Positions 52,932 to 64,000 of a stretch of 64,000 bases of DNA are shown here, piece after piece (positions within the stretch are counted from its first letter, which is position 1; every line of letters begins with the position of its first letter). Under the pieces are notes generated by a model that was given only the letters and a program-made list of their open reading frames with translations, did no database searches and was not told the DNA's origin. The position numbers were made by a program, and so were the translations under genes. The stretch comes from Piromyces finnis finn (Eukaryota > Fungi > Neocallimastigomycota). The stretch is taken from assembly GCA_002104945.1 (NCBI GenBank), contig MCFH01000022.1, positions 1 to 64,000 on the forward strand, written 5' to 3'.

Positions 52932-53962
52932 AGGGTCAATAAATAAACGGTATTTCTTTTGAATACCTCTTCCAAAAATTATATCAAAGTATGGATTACT
53001 TTGTTCAATAATATAAAATTTTTCTAAAATAGTACAACAATTATTAATATTTATTTTTAAAGTAGTAAAAACATTTGTAGGAACAGTAGTACCATTAGCA
53101 ATAGTTATATTTTGTTCCTCATCACTTTTTTCAATATTTTTATTTGATAGTTTATTAAAACCATTTGTAGTAATGATATTGACATTTGCGCCAGTATCAT
53201 AAAGAATTTTTAAATATTTTCCATCTATATCACCAATTATTAATGGAATATTAGAGTTATTAAAGGAGTACATCACTTTTTCAACTTTAGGTTTACATCC
53301 TTGTTCTAATTCTTTTCTAAGTGATGGACTAGCAGAAAGTAATTGGGAAAGACTTATTTTTGGATATAAATTATTTGCTTCTTTAATTATACTAAATTTA
53401 TCTTTGGTTTTTAACATTTGTATTTCTGTCATATTTCTTTTTGTGGTTACTTTGGTTTTGACAGAATTTTTCTTTACTTTTACATCACTTGTTTCATTAT
53501 TATTTTTAAAAGTTTCTTCATTGGTAGAATCATTAGAGTTATTAATTTCAATAGGTTGGATATGTTCTTTTGTATTAGTAACTTCTTCTAAAGGTATTTC
53601 ATTTGTATTATTTTGTTCTTCTTCACTTTCTATTTCTATTTCTTCATTTGGGGTTTCTTCCATAACTTCATCTTTATCTTCGCTAATTTTTCTTCTACGA
53701 GTATCTCTAATAGCCTTCTTTTGTTGTTTTAAATTCCTAATATTAGGTTGGTTAAGTATTGAGGGTTTGACAATACTTTTATTATTTGGTGATATTTTAT
53801 TTTTATCTAATGTTTTAACATTTATTTTCTTCTTTTGAGCCGCATTAATAGAATAATTATTTTCATTAGAGATATTGGAATTTATTTGTGCTTCTTGTGT
53901 ATTTTGTGAACTATTTGCAATTTTAGTTTTTATGGGAGATTGCTTACTCCCATTATTTAGTT
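52932..53962 (-). pseudogene. Element B Pol N-terminal part (low-complexity spacer + aspartic protease), truncated
   Basis: The -1 frame is open from the gag end (FKLNNGSKQSP...) through ISLSQLLSASPSLRKEL, LYDTGANVNII and DIIFGRGIQKKYRLFIDP. Confidence 0.85.
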
Positions 53963-54925
53963 TAAATGATTGTATTCGTCATCTAATTCTGGACAATCAT
54001 TCGTAGTATGACATATTCTTTTACAATTTAAGCAAACATTAATTTTTAGGTCAGCAAGCTTTTGAGTTATTTCTTTTAACTCATCATCATTATTTTGTGG
54101 GTATTTTAAGGTACTTTTTCTTTGCTCAATGTTTTGATTAATATTATTAAATCTTGAATAATTTTTGTTATCATTATTGTAGTTATTATTTTGAATATTA
54201 CTATTATAATTATTATTTCTGTAGTTATTAGTATAATTTCTATTATTATAATTTTTAAAACTATTTTGAGTAGTGTTATTGTTATTCATTCGGTTATAAC
54301 TATTAAATTTATTTGAATATGCTCTATCATTATTTCTTTGAGTATTATTATCATTTGGAGACCTTCTAGAATTAATGGAAGTTCTTATTTTTGGTCTATT
54401 TTCTTCAACTATATTGAAAATTTTCTCTTTCTTAATAGTAATGTTTCTGGCTTCTTCTAAACTTTTTGGTTCAGCTTCTAAAAGTGCTTCGTAAGTTTTA
54501 GTAAGGTTTCTAAAAGCATTAATATAGTAGGACAATATGATTTCATTTGACATTTTTAAGTTTGTTTTATTTATTAAAGAGTCAAATTTAATATTGAATT
54601 CAGATACACTTTCATTTTTCTTTATTGTAGTAGTAGACAATTCTAATAATCTAGAATTCTTTGGTACTGAACCTTTAAAATGACTTTTAAGGTTTTTGAT
54701 GATGGTATTATAATCATCTGGTGTTTCTTTATTTAATGCATTAACTACAATTGTTCTAGCTGTACCTGTAGTTAATGATATAAGGTATTCTAACTTTTCT
54801 TGTTCTGGTACCTTATATAAATTACACCAATGTTTGAAAGAAAATTCCCAATCATCAAATTCAACCTTTGTTGAACCCAAAATAGGTATTCTATTAAAGG
54901 TAATACCTTTAGTAGTATTATCCAT
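53957..54925 (-). CDS. Element B Gag with C-terminal knuckle (CLNCKRICHTTNDC)
   Basis: Intact 322-aa ORF, colinear with element C gag, ending HLN-stop on a TTTAAAC slippery site. Confidence 0.88.
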   Translation of the reverse strand: MDNTTKGITFNRIPILGSTKVEFDDWEFSFKHWCNLYKVPEQEKLEYLISLTTGTARTIVVNALNKETPDDYNTIIKNLKSHFKGSVPKNSRLLELSTTTIKKNESVSEFNIKFDSLINKTNLKMSNEIILSYYINAFRNLTKTYEALLEAEPKSLEEARNITIKKEKIFNIVEENRPKIRTSINSRRSPNDNNTQRNNDRAYSNKFNSYNRMNNNNTTQNSFKNYNNRNYTNNYRNNNYNSNIQNNNYNNDNKNYSRFNNINQNIEQRKSTLKYPQNNDDELKEITQKLADLKINVCLNCKRICHTTNDCPELDDEYNHLN

Positions 54926-54998
54926 TATTACTTTTTATTTTTATTTTATTTAATTTTATTTTAATATTTTATTTAAAAACTCAATTTTTATTTATTCT

Positions 54999-55117
54999 CA
55001 ATAATTTAGTTATAAGAACAATAATATGTTTTTATTTACAACAATCTTTATTTACAATAATTTAGTTATAAGTACAGTAATATGTTTTTATTTACAATAG
55101 TCTTTATTTACAATAAT
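54999..55117. repeat. Tandem duplication of a 56-bp unit in the element B leader
   Basis: caataatttagttataag(a/t)aca(a/g)taatatgtttttatttacaa..atctttattta at 54999 and 55055, with a third start at 55111. Confidence 0.85.
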
Positions 55118-56852
55118 ATAATTTTATTTACAGGTATTTTATTTATTACTGTTATTAATAAAATATAATCTTATATAACGTTTATATAATGTAATATAAA
55201 AGGAGTAATTGGTTGTTGTTTGTAAACACTTGTAGACACTTGCTTTAGTTTTATTGTAATTAAGAAGATTTTATTTTTTTTGAGAAAATGTTAAGAATAT
55301 ATTTTATTTATATTAAGTTATTTATTTATTAGTATTGTTAAAAAAAATATTTAATTTAGAGTAGGATGTTTATTTTTATTTCTTTATTATAAAGCAGAAA
55401 ATAAAATTGATTATGTTATTATAGTACCTTCAGAGTACCCGACAGTTTCGTCACCGTGCCTTTCGACCTCCACTAACTAACCGTCATAAATATTAAGTGG
55501 TGTAATATTTACTTATTAGTTAGCGCTCTACTCCCCCACGATATGTGATAAAACTGCACTCTTACTAACTTACTATAAAACACTTTAATTATCTTAGTAA
55601 TTAATTAACCGAAAAGATAAACAAAAGTTATTTTTCGCTGAAAATTAACTAAAAAGACAACTCAATATTATTGCTTTTATTATTTAAAATTTATAACAAC
55701 ACTTTTAATTTTATTTGACCGATGATTATATTTTATAATTAAATAATTTTTATCTTTAATTTATAAATTATAATTATTAATTTATAATTATAATTTATGT
55801 ATTTCTTTTTCTTTTTAAAAAAAATAATTAAATATAAAACTTTATTTACAGGATTTATTTTTCGCTTTTTAGTGCCTTACAACAATTTAATTAACCGGCA
55901 AAAGCTACTAACTAGAGGTGATATACTAGACCTCAAAATAAATTTAAACTATATATTTTTATGTCGCTTTACCTTCACGACAAACCTTTAGCCTTCGGTG
56001 ACTAAAGTTCCTTATTCGCCAGAGTTCACAAAAGTATTCAACTTGAGAGTCCTGTATTGCGTGCTTTTTATCACACTAACAATCCCTTCCCCCAAGTAAG
56101 CGTGCTATTCACACTCGTCCTACTTTTACAAATACTTCAGTGATTAACAGCTATAGTTTCTAACCAACTGAAACTAGTTAATTATACACTGAAAATCTGT
56201 ATATGAGCTCTATACGCTCCTAGTATATTTTTACAAGTATTTTTATTTATAAAATTTCATATTTATAATTTTTTTTTTTTGGTTTGTTTGGTGTATATAT
56301 ATTTTTTATATATATACTTAAATCTTTATTTATTATTATTTTGATTTATTTTTATTATATATTTATTTTTATGTATATATATCTAATGTATATATACCTA
56401 TTTTATTATTATAATTAATTCTTTCAACTATCTTATTTATAATATTATCAATCTATTTATCTAATAATTCTTCTATACTATTTTTTTTAAATTCTTTTCT
56501 TATTTAAAATATCTATATATTTTATCTAATATATAATGTTTATATATCAATTTACTATATTAATACTATACTATTAAGTATTATAATTTATTTATTTTAT
56601 TTTAATATTGATTTAATAATATTTAAATAATATTTCAATATTGAATATTGATTTATTATTTTAATATTATTTTATTATTTAATAAGTTATAATTTCTAAA
56701 TAGATAAAATATTGAGAATATTTAACTATTCTATTAACTATCTATTCTATACTATTATAACTTGATTATTTAATTAATTTCATAGAATATTTTACTATTC
56801 TATATGAAATTTTTATATAAAGAAAATTTATATATTTACCTTATTTTGATTT

Positions 56853-56869
56853 TCCGGTTCGAAGGACCA
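56853..56869 (-). promoter_or_regulatory. tRNA-Tyr primer-binding site TGGTCCTTCGAACCGGA
   Basis: The plus strand reads TCCGGTTCGAAGGACCA, matching the 3' end (with CCA) of eukaryotic tRNA-Tyr (CCTTCGA...TCGAAGGA). It lies 1 nt from an LTR-like TGATAT end. Confidence 0.8.
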
Positions 56870-58340
56870 TTGATATAATTTGATAATAATCTTAATTTTG
56901 AATTTTACTTCAAAAAGTGATTATTATATTATATCTTTTGTTATAACTATATAAGTTATATTGATTAAGATTTAAATTTGTTTTTATAATAATTAATAAA
57001 ATTGTTTTATTAAAAACACTAAATTGTTTTATTAGAAACACTCATTTTTCTAATATTTAATTATTTAAAAGTTTATTCATTTAATTATAAAAGTGATTAT
57101 TAAAATTATAAGAATATCAATTAAACTATATAATATTTCTTTATTAATAATAATAATAACCATGATTAAAATAAGAATATTTACATGTATTTATATTTTC
57201 TTTTAGATTTAAACTATTTACATTAAAACAATAAAATTAATAACTATTTACAATAAAAGCAATTACCAATAACAATAAAAGAAATAATTAAAAGTTAAAG
57301 AATATAAAAAGTTGTTTATTTTACAATTAATTAAAGTAATAATTATTTTTAATGTTTTAATAAAGGTGTTTAATTATATTATTTTATAACATGAATTATT
57401 ATATTTGTTTACTTTTAAAGTGTAATTTACTAACGTAGTTATTAAATATTTAATTTAACAATTAATTTAACAAAAGTTATATATTTTGATCTCGATTAAT
57501 TAAAGTTTATTATTTTCTTTCAATAATTAAAATATATGCAGTGTTGAGGATTAATTTTATTTTAGAATTTTGGTACAGTAATTAATTAAACTATAACTTA
57601 TTTTAAGTTACTTTTAGGGTTAACTTAAAAATCAGGTATAATAATAATTTTATATTTATTAATTTCATTATTTTTCAAAATGTTACAATGTTATATATTT
57701 CTTATATAATAACTTATTATTATCTTAATTTAATATCTTGAAGTTATTAAAAGTGATAATAATTTGTAACAAAAAAAAAAAATAAATAATTTGTTTTATT
57801 AAAACACAAAATCTATAAAAAAAATATAATGTTTTATTAATAACTATTTTATTAGTTAAATTTTATTAAAAAATAATGTGTTTATGATTATTAACTATAC
57901 TAATAATAATGTTTAAATAAAGGAATTAAAAGATTATTTATATTTTTCTATTAATATAAACTTTAATTTATCTTCTTTAATTATGTTTTGTTATAAACAA
58001 ATATTTAATTATAAATATCTAATTATTAATTACATTATAGTTTATTTACATGTTAATAATATCGGAATTTTAAAAATAATTATTTGTTTATTTATTTATT
58101 TTTTACTTAAATACTAATTAATTATAACTAAATTTAACTTTGTTTTGAATTATTATTTTAATATTTATTAATTTATTTCTACATTTAATTTTATCTTATT
58201 TATTTATTTATTATAAATTTGTTTTTAAGTTTAATATTAAATTGTTAATTAGAACTTACTTATATAATTTTATTTCTTCATTAATAATTATTGTTGTTTT
58301 TATAATCATTTAAGTTTGCCTTATATCAATACCTTGGCGG

Positions 58341-61300
58341 CTAAGATTTGACTTCGTCCCTTGAAGTCAGATTTTCTTCTTGTATTACATATGGATAAAT
58401 GTTCTTTATATGTACATTACGATTTAATAGCTCGCCTGTTTGAGGATCTTCTAGTACAACAGTATTAAATTTTGGTTTCTGTACTACCTTAAAGGGGCCG
58501 TAGAAATACGGATCTAATTTGCTTCTTCCAATAAGTCTTATCATTACTAGATCGCCAGGTTGATATTTCTTCTTGAGTGCTTTCGAAAAACCCATTCGAT
58601 GTTCCCAATATTTATTTGCTTTATCTGAGTATTCAGTCGCTTCTTTAACCCATCTCTGATGTCTTAAGAATCTTCTGAATATATATTCTTCTTCGGATTC
58701 TTCAGCGTCTTTAGGGAAATCTGGAAACATTATCTCCATTGGCCAAGTATCTTTTCTACCGTATAGCAATTCAAAACTGCTAAATTTTGTTTTAGAATTT
58801 CTGGTAGTACGTAAGGCCCAAAGTGCGGAAGGAAGACATACGTCCCATTCTATTTCATTTTCAATTAAGAGTCTTAATGTTTTTCCGATTTCGCGATTCC
58901 GGTTTTCTATCATTCCATTAGATTCTGGATGGTGAGGTGATACATAATGAACCCATGAACCATAAAGATCTATCATCATTTTGGTTATTTCAGATATAAA
59001 AGAACTTCCATTATCTGTTATTATGATTTCTGGGGGTCCGTGTCTAGCTATTACTTCAGTTAGAAATTTAATCACTTCTTCTGATTTGGTGTTAGGGATG
59101 GCTTTAGCCTCGACCCACTTGGTGAAATAATCTACTAGGGTAATAATGTAAGCATTACCTGATTTAGTTATGGGTAGCGGTCCTATTATATCCAAACCTA
59201 CCCGTACGAACGGTCTTTCAATAGGTGTAATATTGGTAGCGGTGTTTTTTGGTAATGGCTTAGGTCGGAATAGTTGGCATTTGTGGCAAGATTTTACCCA
59301 CATTTTTACATCGTTCCATATTCCTGGCCAATAGTAGGATTGCATGATTCTATTTACTGTCTTCTCTGCACCTTCATGGCCTACTTGGTGTGCTCTATTT
59401 ATAATGTCTTTTTTATCTTCATCTTTGATTATTACTTTTAGGTAGAGTTCATTCTTTTTATAGTATAGTGTATTATCAACGACTTGATAATTTTTCTTGA
59501 AGTACTTTATTATTCCTTCTGGAAGGTCTAAGTCTTTGGGATTAAATTCACTGAGGATAGCATTTATACATAAGGTAACTTCATTGTTTTTAGATGGTAG
59601 CCTTGATAGAGCGTCAGCAAATACATTTTGTTTTCCTTTTTCATATTTAAGATCGACTTTATACTTATAGAATTCTTCTATCCATCGTGCATGTCTGCCC
59701 TTGGTTGGGATACCTTTCTTGAAGTAACCTAATAATGGTTTATGATCAGTTATTATGATTATTTTTTCTTTACCACTTACTATATAAGGTCTGAAATTCC
59801 TTAGACTATATATTACTCCTAGTCCTTCTAGATCGGTTACAGAGTAATTCTTTTCAGAAGACGAAAGTGTTCTACTAATACAGCATATTGGATGTTCTAC
59901 TCCATCTTCTTCCCTTTGAAGTAGAACACCTCCGACTCCTTTAGTAGAGGCATCTGTTCTTATTATAAAATCTTTGTTAAAGTCCGGATATGCAAGTATA
60001 GGATCTGAAAGTAAGCATTGCTTTATTTCTTCGAAAGCATCGTTACATTCATTGTCCCATATAAATTTTTTATCCTTTTTCAGTAAGTTAAAAAGTGGTT
60101 TTGCCTTTTTTGCAAAGTTTTGGATGAACTTCCTGTAGTAGCTTGCAAGTCCTAAAAATGATCTAAGTTCTTTAATATCCTTTGGAATGTCCCAAAGTGC
60201 TAGGTTTTGTACTTTGTTAGGAACGGTTTTTAATCCTTCTGGAGTAAGCACGTGTCCTAAGACTTCTACTGAGGTTTGGAAAAATTTACATTTTTGTAAG
60301 TTTACAGATAAGTTGTTTTTTGCAAATATTTTGAAGACTTTTCTTAAGTGTTGTAAGTGTTCCTGTAGATTTTTCGAATAGACTACGATATCGTCGATGT
60401 AAACGAATAGACAGTCTCCTATAAGAGGTAGTAAAATTCTGTTCATTTCGCGTTGGAAGGATGCTGGTGCATTTGTTAGTCCAAATGGCATGACGCGAAA
60501 GTTGTAGTTTCCGAATTTAGTTGTAAAGGATGTTTTTTCTATGTCTTGTGGATTCATTGGTATCTGATGATATCCCGAGAACAGATCTAATGCGGAAAAT
60601 ATCTTTGCATCTTTTACTGAAGATACAAGTTCATCTATGAAGGGTAATGCATACGAGTCTTTTATGGTTATTTCATTCAGCTTTCGGTAGTCGATACACA
60701 TTCTCCATTTTCCGTTTTTCTTTTGAACGAGAAGAACAGGAAATGAGTAAGGAGAATGTGAGGGTTCGATCAGTCCTTTTTCGAGAAGTGAAATGATTTC
60801 TTTCTTTAGAATATCCGAGTGTTCTTTGGAAAGTTTATACGGTTTGAGTTTAATTGGTTTGTTGGTTGTTGTCATAATAGAATGAGGCTCTAAATTTGCT
60901 GTAGTAAGTTGGGATAGCGAAGTGGCCATCCATTCTTTGTATTCTAGTATTAGTTGTTCAAAATTTCTTTTTATTTCGTCTGGAGAATTTTCGATAATTT
61001 TGTTTAGTACTTCATCAAATTCCCTTTGTTCTTCGTTAGATATTGTTATTGCATTAATTAGTGGAATGTTTTGATTTTCTTTTTCAGTCATGGTAATCTT
61101 TGTTAACCCTTCATTTGATTTTTGATATATCGTATCATTATCTGGGTCTATTAGAAGTCTATACTTCTTCTGGACGCCTCTTCCTAGTATTATATCGTAA
61201 TTGTTATTTATTTGGTTTAATATGTAGAAATCCTCTTTTATAGTTAAATGGTTGCCTAGTTTTATTTCTAGTGTTATTTTTTTATTAGTGAGAATTTTTG

Positions 61301-62206
61301 TATTGTCAGCAGTCGTAATTTCCATTTTTTCGGCTTTATGAATTTCTGGATTTTTTAATTTATTTAAACCTCCTTTAGTTATTATATTGACGTTGGCACC
61401 TGTATCGAAAAGTATCTTTTGTTGATTTCCATTTACTTCACCAACGACTATTGGAATTTCATAATTATGTATGGAGCTGATGATTCTTCTTGATTTTCCT
61501 TTAGTACCAAGTTCTAATTCTTTTCTTAAGGTGGGACTTATATTGAGTAGCTGTGAAAGTGTTATTTTTGGGTAATAAGTGCTTATTTCTTTAATAATAT
61601 CAAATTTCTCAATTCCTTGATTTGGAATTAATTTTTTGGTAATTTCCGTAGACTTTTTCTTTTCATTATTCTTTTGTGCTTTATTTGTATTTTCTTCTTT
61701 CTTGGGAGTATTTTTATTCGTTTCCATAATATTTCTAGGACTATTATTCTTTTTAATTGACTGATTATTTTTGTTTTCTTGAATTGGATTGGTTTGACTT
61801 TCTTTAGTTTGTTCCGTGTTGACTATCACATTTTCGGACTCTTTTTCTTCGTTTTTATTGTGGTTGTCTTTATTGATTAGTGGTTCATCTTCATCTACAA
61901 TAATTACTTCATCTTGCGTAGAGTCTGGATCTTCTATCATAGGTGTTCTCCTTCGAAGATCTCTAATCTTCTTTTTTTGTTGTTTTATTAATCTTGTATT
62001 CGGCTGATTTAATATAGCTGGTTTAATTATTGGTTTATTGAAATTCTTTTTGTTTGAGTCGCTGATTTGTTTATTTTTCTTTATAGCATTAATACTAAAT
62101 TTATTGTATTTCTGTTCATTCTTATATTGGAATTCTAAGTTTTCTGTTTCTGTATTATTTGCAATTTTGTTATAGTCGGAAGATTGCTTACTCCCCATAA
62201 CTAATT
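58341..62206 (-). CDS. Element C Pol (spacer, PR, RT, RNase H, integrase with GPF motif, no chromodomain), intact reading frame
   Basis: [85 protein letters not shown] and YGPFKV motifs. Confidence 0.95.
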
Positions 62207-63043
62207 TAAATGTTGGATGTTTTCAGGACAATCATCAATGACATGACCTATACGTTTACAATTTAGGCAAACATTTATCTTGAGTTCTGCTAATTTTTGG
62301 GTTATTTCTTTCATGTCGTTATTTTCTTCTTGATATTGTCTATAGTTTTTGTGCTTGTAATTATTATTCCATTGATTTTGATAAGTTTTATTTTCCTGTG
62401 GATGTATCGAGTTAGAGTTCGGATTATATAGTTTTGTTGTTTTATTTGTACTGTTATAAACATTCTTTTGTGATTGTGATGGCCTTTGATCATTTTTATT
62501 TTTATTCCGGTTGTCCTCTATTATATTATATAATCTTTCCTTTTTCGAAGTTATCTTCATTGCTTCTTCTAGAGTATTTGGCTCTTCTTCTAATAGTTTT
62601 TCATATATTCTAGTCCAATTTCTAAAGGCATTAACGTAATATGAAGCTATTATCTCTTCTGGAATTGACGTAGATTTTGTGGCTTCGTTCAAAATATTCA
62701 TAAATCTCAAATCAAAGTCGCATATCTTTTCTCCTTTTCTTATACTTAGAGAAGATAAATCCAATATCTTAGAGTTCTTTGCTGAACTTCTTTTAAAATA
62801 GTTATTTAAATTATTTATTATTGTATTATACGAGTCAGGTGTACTCTTGTTTAATCCGTTTAACACGATAGTCCTAGCCTTTTGTTCTGTTAACGGTAGT
62901 AAAAATTTTATTTTATCCTTTTCTTCTATGTCATTAGAAGTACATCAGTACTCAAATTCAAACTTCCAATCTACAAATTTGGTTTTTCCATTTCCCAAAA
63001 TTGGAAGTCTTGAAAAGGTTAACGTTTTTGTAGAAGTATCCAT
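62201..63043 (-). pseudogene. Element C gag with one premature stop (TGA at 62945-62947)
   Basis: ATG 63043 gives MDTSTKTLTFSRLPILG...FEY*CTS, aligned to element B MDNTTKGITFNRIPILG...FKHWCNL. CCHC knuckle CLNCKRIGHVIDDC. Confidence 0.88.
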
Positions 63044-63164
63044 TATTTTTGTATATCTTATCGAATTATTTATATAATAATAACTTATATTTTCTTAATA
63101 TTAATATTTTATGATACTTCTTACTGTATGTTAATAGTAATAATATTGTTATTCTTTTTACTAT

Positions 63165-63204
<40 letters not shown>

Positions 63205-63600
63205 TTATTTAAATTAATTGTATGAATGATAATTTGTTAAACTTATCCTAATTGAATATAGTAATTAATAATTGATACTGAAATCTTTATATATAATATT
63301 TGAGTGATATTTGAATATAATATTTTATAATATTTGAATGATGTTTGCATATAATTTTTCTAATATTTGAATATTATTTTGAATTATTTGAATATAATTT
63401 TTTTTATAATATTTGCATATTATTTTGAATTTTACTTTGAATATGATATATTAATAATATTTAAATGATATTTGAATAAGCTTTTTAAAACATAGGTTCT
63501 TAATCTTGTCTTTTGAGTATGTAATACCTATATATATAAATATAAATGTATAAATTTGTTAGTAAAAGAAAATTTTATATTACTCTTACCGGGTTAAAAT

Positions 63601-63613
63601 GGATTCTCCACCA
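63601..63613 (-). promoter_or_regulatory. tRNA-Ala primer-binding site TGGTGGAGAATCC
   Basis: The plus strand reads GGATTCTCCACCA. The end U70-C71-C72-A73-CCA fits the tRNA-Ala acceptor (G3:U70 identity pair). It lies 1 nt from the 5' LTR end. Confidence 0.75.
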
Positions 63614-64000
63614 TTGTTACAATGTTATATATTTCTTATATAATAACTTATTATTATCTTAATTTAATAACTTGAAGTTATTAAAAGTGATAATAATTTG
63701 TAACAAAAAAAAAAAATAAATAATTTGTTTTATTAAAACACAAAATCTATAAAAAAAATATAATGTTTTATTAATAACTATTTTATTAGTTAAATTTTAT
63801 TAAAAAATAATGTGTTTATGATTATTAACTATACTAATAATAATGTTTAAATAAAGGAATTAAAAGATTATTTATATTTTTCTATTAATATAAACTTTAA
63901 TTTATCTTCTTTAATTATGTTTTGTTATAAACAAATATTTAATTATAAATATCTAATTATTAATTACATTATAGTTTATTTACATGTTAATAATATCGGA

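Larger units (their letters stand above)
52932..57119 (-). mobile_element. Truncated Ty3/Gypsy element 'B': putative 5' LTR from 56871 (possibly to 57119), tRNA-Tyr PBS, ~1.9-kb leader, gag, and pol cut just after the protease
   Basis: Gag and Pol N-terminus are homologous to element C. The PBS lies next to TGATATAA, a candidate LTR end. Pol stops at ...KYRLFIDP, where the chromovirus LTR begins. The right LTR boundary is uncertain. Confidence 0.75.
57681..64000 (-). mobile_element. Near full-length Ty3/Gypsy (non-chromo) element 'C': 3' LTR 57681-~58328, pol, gag, tRNA-Ala PBS, 5' LTR 63615 to beyond the window
   Basis: 57681-58066 and 63615-64000 are near-identical (about two differences seen). 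The PBS abuts the 5' LTR and the PR-RT-RH-IN order is intact. Confidence 0.93.

Noticed and set aside
56853-56869. Possible tRNA gene
   Set aside because: Only the 3' 17 nt with an encoded CCA are present, next to an LTR end. This is a PBS, not a cloverleaf; the same holds for 63601-63613.
46511-63043. RIP-like C-to-T hypermutation causing the nonsense codons
   Set aside because: There are only two or three candidate transitions, in different contexts (cCt, aCc), and the pol frames and LTR pairs are almost unmutated.
44761-64000. CRISPR-like or prokaryotic defence array suggested by the many repeats and palindromes
   Set aside because: There is no regular repeat-spacer period and no cas genes. 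All the repeats are explained by LTRs, TSDs and microsatellites.

Overview
Extremely AT-rich, intron-rich eukaryotic DNA. The composition, microsatellites and gene set suggest an anaerobic gut fungus (Neocallimastigomycota); this is an inference. Bases 1-43 kb hold nine spliced or single-exon housekeeping genes: UTP17/WDR75-like, ubiquitin-S27a, MFSD5-like, WHI2-like, VSB1-like SulP/STAS/cNMP, CDC123, TPR/Mlp1 with a ~170-Q tract, BLOC1S1 and EMC1. From ~44.7 kb to the end lies a multilayer nest of Ty3/Gypsy LTR retrotransposons. It contains a very young chromovirus (46511-52786) with a predicted Tf1-like self-priming PBS, inserted antisense into an LTR of its own family. It also contains solo and fragmentary LTRs nested in other LTRs, and two related non-chromo elements that share a -1 frameshift cassette but carry different tRNA primer sites (Ala and Tyr). 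No prokaryotic system or CRISPR array is supported. Gene identities come from recognising motifs from memory, not from database searches.
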